Below, piece after piece: positions 31,764-32,000 of a DNA stretch of 32,000 nucleotides. The DNA is from Mucisphaera calidilacus (GTDB taxonomy: Bacteria > Planctomycetota > Phycisphaerae > Phycisphaerales > Phycisphaeraceae), in NCBI RefSeq assembly GCF_007748075.1, contig NZ_CP036280.1:2280001-2312000 (forward strand), read 5' to 3'. The position numbers and the translations under genes are program-made. Position 1 is the stretch's first letter; each line of letters starts with the position of its first letter. Under the pieces are notes generated by a model. The model was not told where the DNA came from and did no database searches. It saw only the letters and a list, made by a program, of their open reading frames with translations.

Positions 31764-31816
31764 GGTGATTGGTGGGTCCCGGAGTCGTGTTGTGGATGAG
31801 GGGTTGCCTGAGGGGG

Positions 31817-32000
31817 TCAGGCTGCGGGCGGGGCGCGGTCGGAGCGGATGCGCAGGGCGTCGATCTGCTGGACGAGCGAGGGTGATTCGAGGGTGGGAAG
31901 GTCGTCGAGTCGTGTAACGACGGGGTCGAAGTGGACGGGTGGCGGCGGCGTGGTGATGGTTGCCTTGAGGTGGCAGATCATGCAGCCGCCGGCGGGTGGT
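31817..32000 (-). CDS. 3' end of a gene encoding a CXXCH (haem c-type) motif protein; 5' part beyond the right edge
   Basis: Absent from the track because it has no in-window start. The reverse-strand frame reads ...PPAGGCMICHLKATITTPPPPVHFDPVVTRLDDLPTLESPSLVQQIDALRIRSDRAPPAA and ends at TGA (31819-31817). GC3 bias is strong in this frame. Track ORF 31672..31917 (+) looks like its antisense shadow. Confidence 0.4.
   Translation of the reverse strand, partial: PPAGGCMICHLKATITTPPPPVHFDPVVTRLDDLPTLESPSLVQQIDALRIRSDRAPPAA

Noticed and set aside
1-32000. Scan for CRISPR arrays, tRNA/rRNA genes, transposases, integrases, toxin-antitoxin or other defence genes
   Set aside because: I found no regularly spaced direct repeats, no cloverleaf-like or rRNA-like stretches in the short intergenic regions, and no ORF with recombinase, nuclease or defence-type motifs. 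The repeats I did find are protein-coding (dockerin-like, pseudopilin N-termini) or operator-like palindromes.

Overview
GC-rich bacterial chromosomal segment with strong GC3 bias, so nearly every real gene has a long antisense shadow ORF in the track. Gene content suggests Planctomycetota, probably Phycisphaerae-like: two DUF1559 (H-X9-DG) prepilin-type proteins and four PEP-CTERM-anchored secreted proteins, three of which carry dockerin-like Ca-binding repeats. All family calls rest on motifs recognised by eye, not on searches. I support about 29 CDS. I saw no rRNA, tRNA, CRISPR array, transposase or integrase. Layout: (1) 1-2768 (-): a secreted GH2_N-like sugar-binding protein (partial), a xylose-isomerase-like TIM-barrel enzyme and a Gfo/Idh/MocA oxidoreductase. 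(2) 2957-6568 (+): four exported proteins, three of them with no recognisable family. (3) 6679-8205: a leaderless sulfatase. (4) 8197-11313 (-): a translationally coupled operon of a degenerate parvulin-like protein plus three different HupE/UreJ-family membrane proteins. (5) 11370-27887: a xylan-utilisation locus with a sugar ABC importer, a cytoplasmic GH3, a LacI-family regulator with candidate palindromic operators, a PEP-CTERM surface protein, a pseudopilin, two GH10 xylanases and a DUF5060 glycosidase. (6) 27970-31721 (-): a tightly coupled operon of two paralogous PEP-CTERM proteins of unknown fold, a second DUF1559 pseudopilin and an MFS transporter. (7) 31817-32000 (-): the 3' end of a CXXCH-containing gene. 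The best candidate for something undescribed is the twice-repeated module of PEP-CTERM/dockerin-like surface protein, DUF1559 pseudopilin and carbohydrate enzyme or transporter. Associated with it are apparently new protein modules and a shared C-terminal anchoring cassette.
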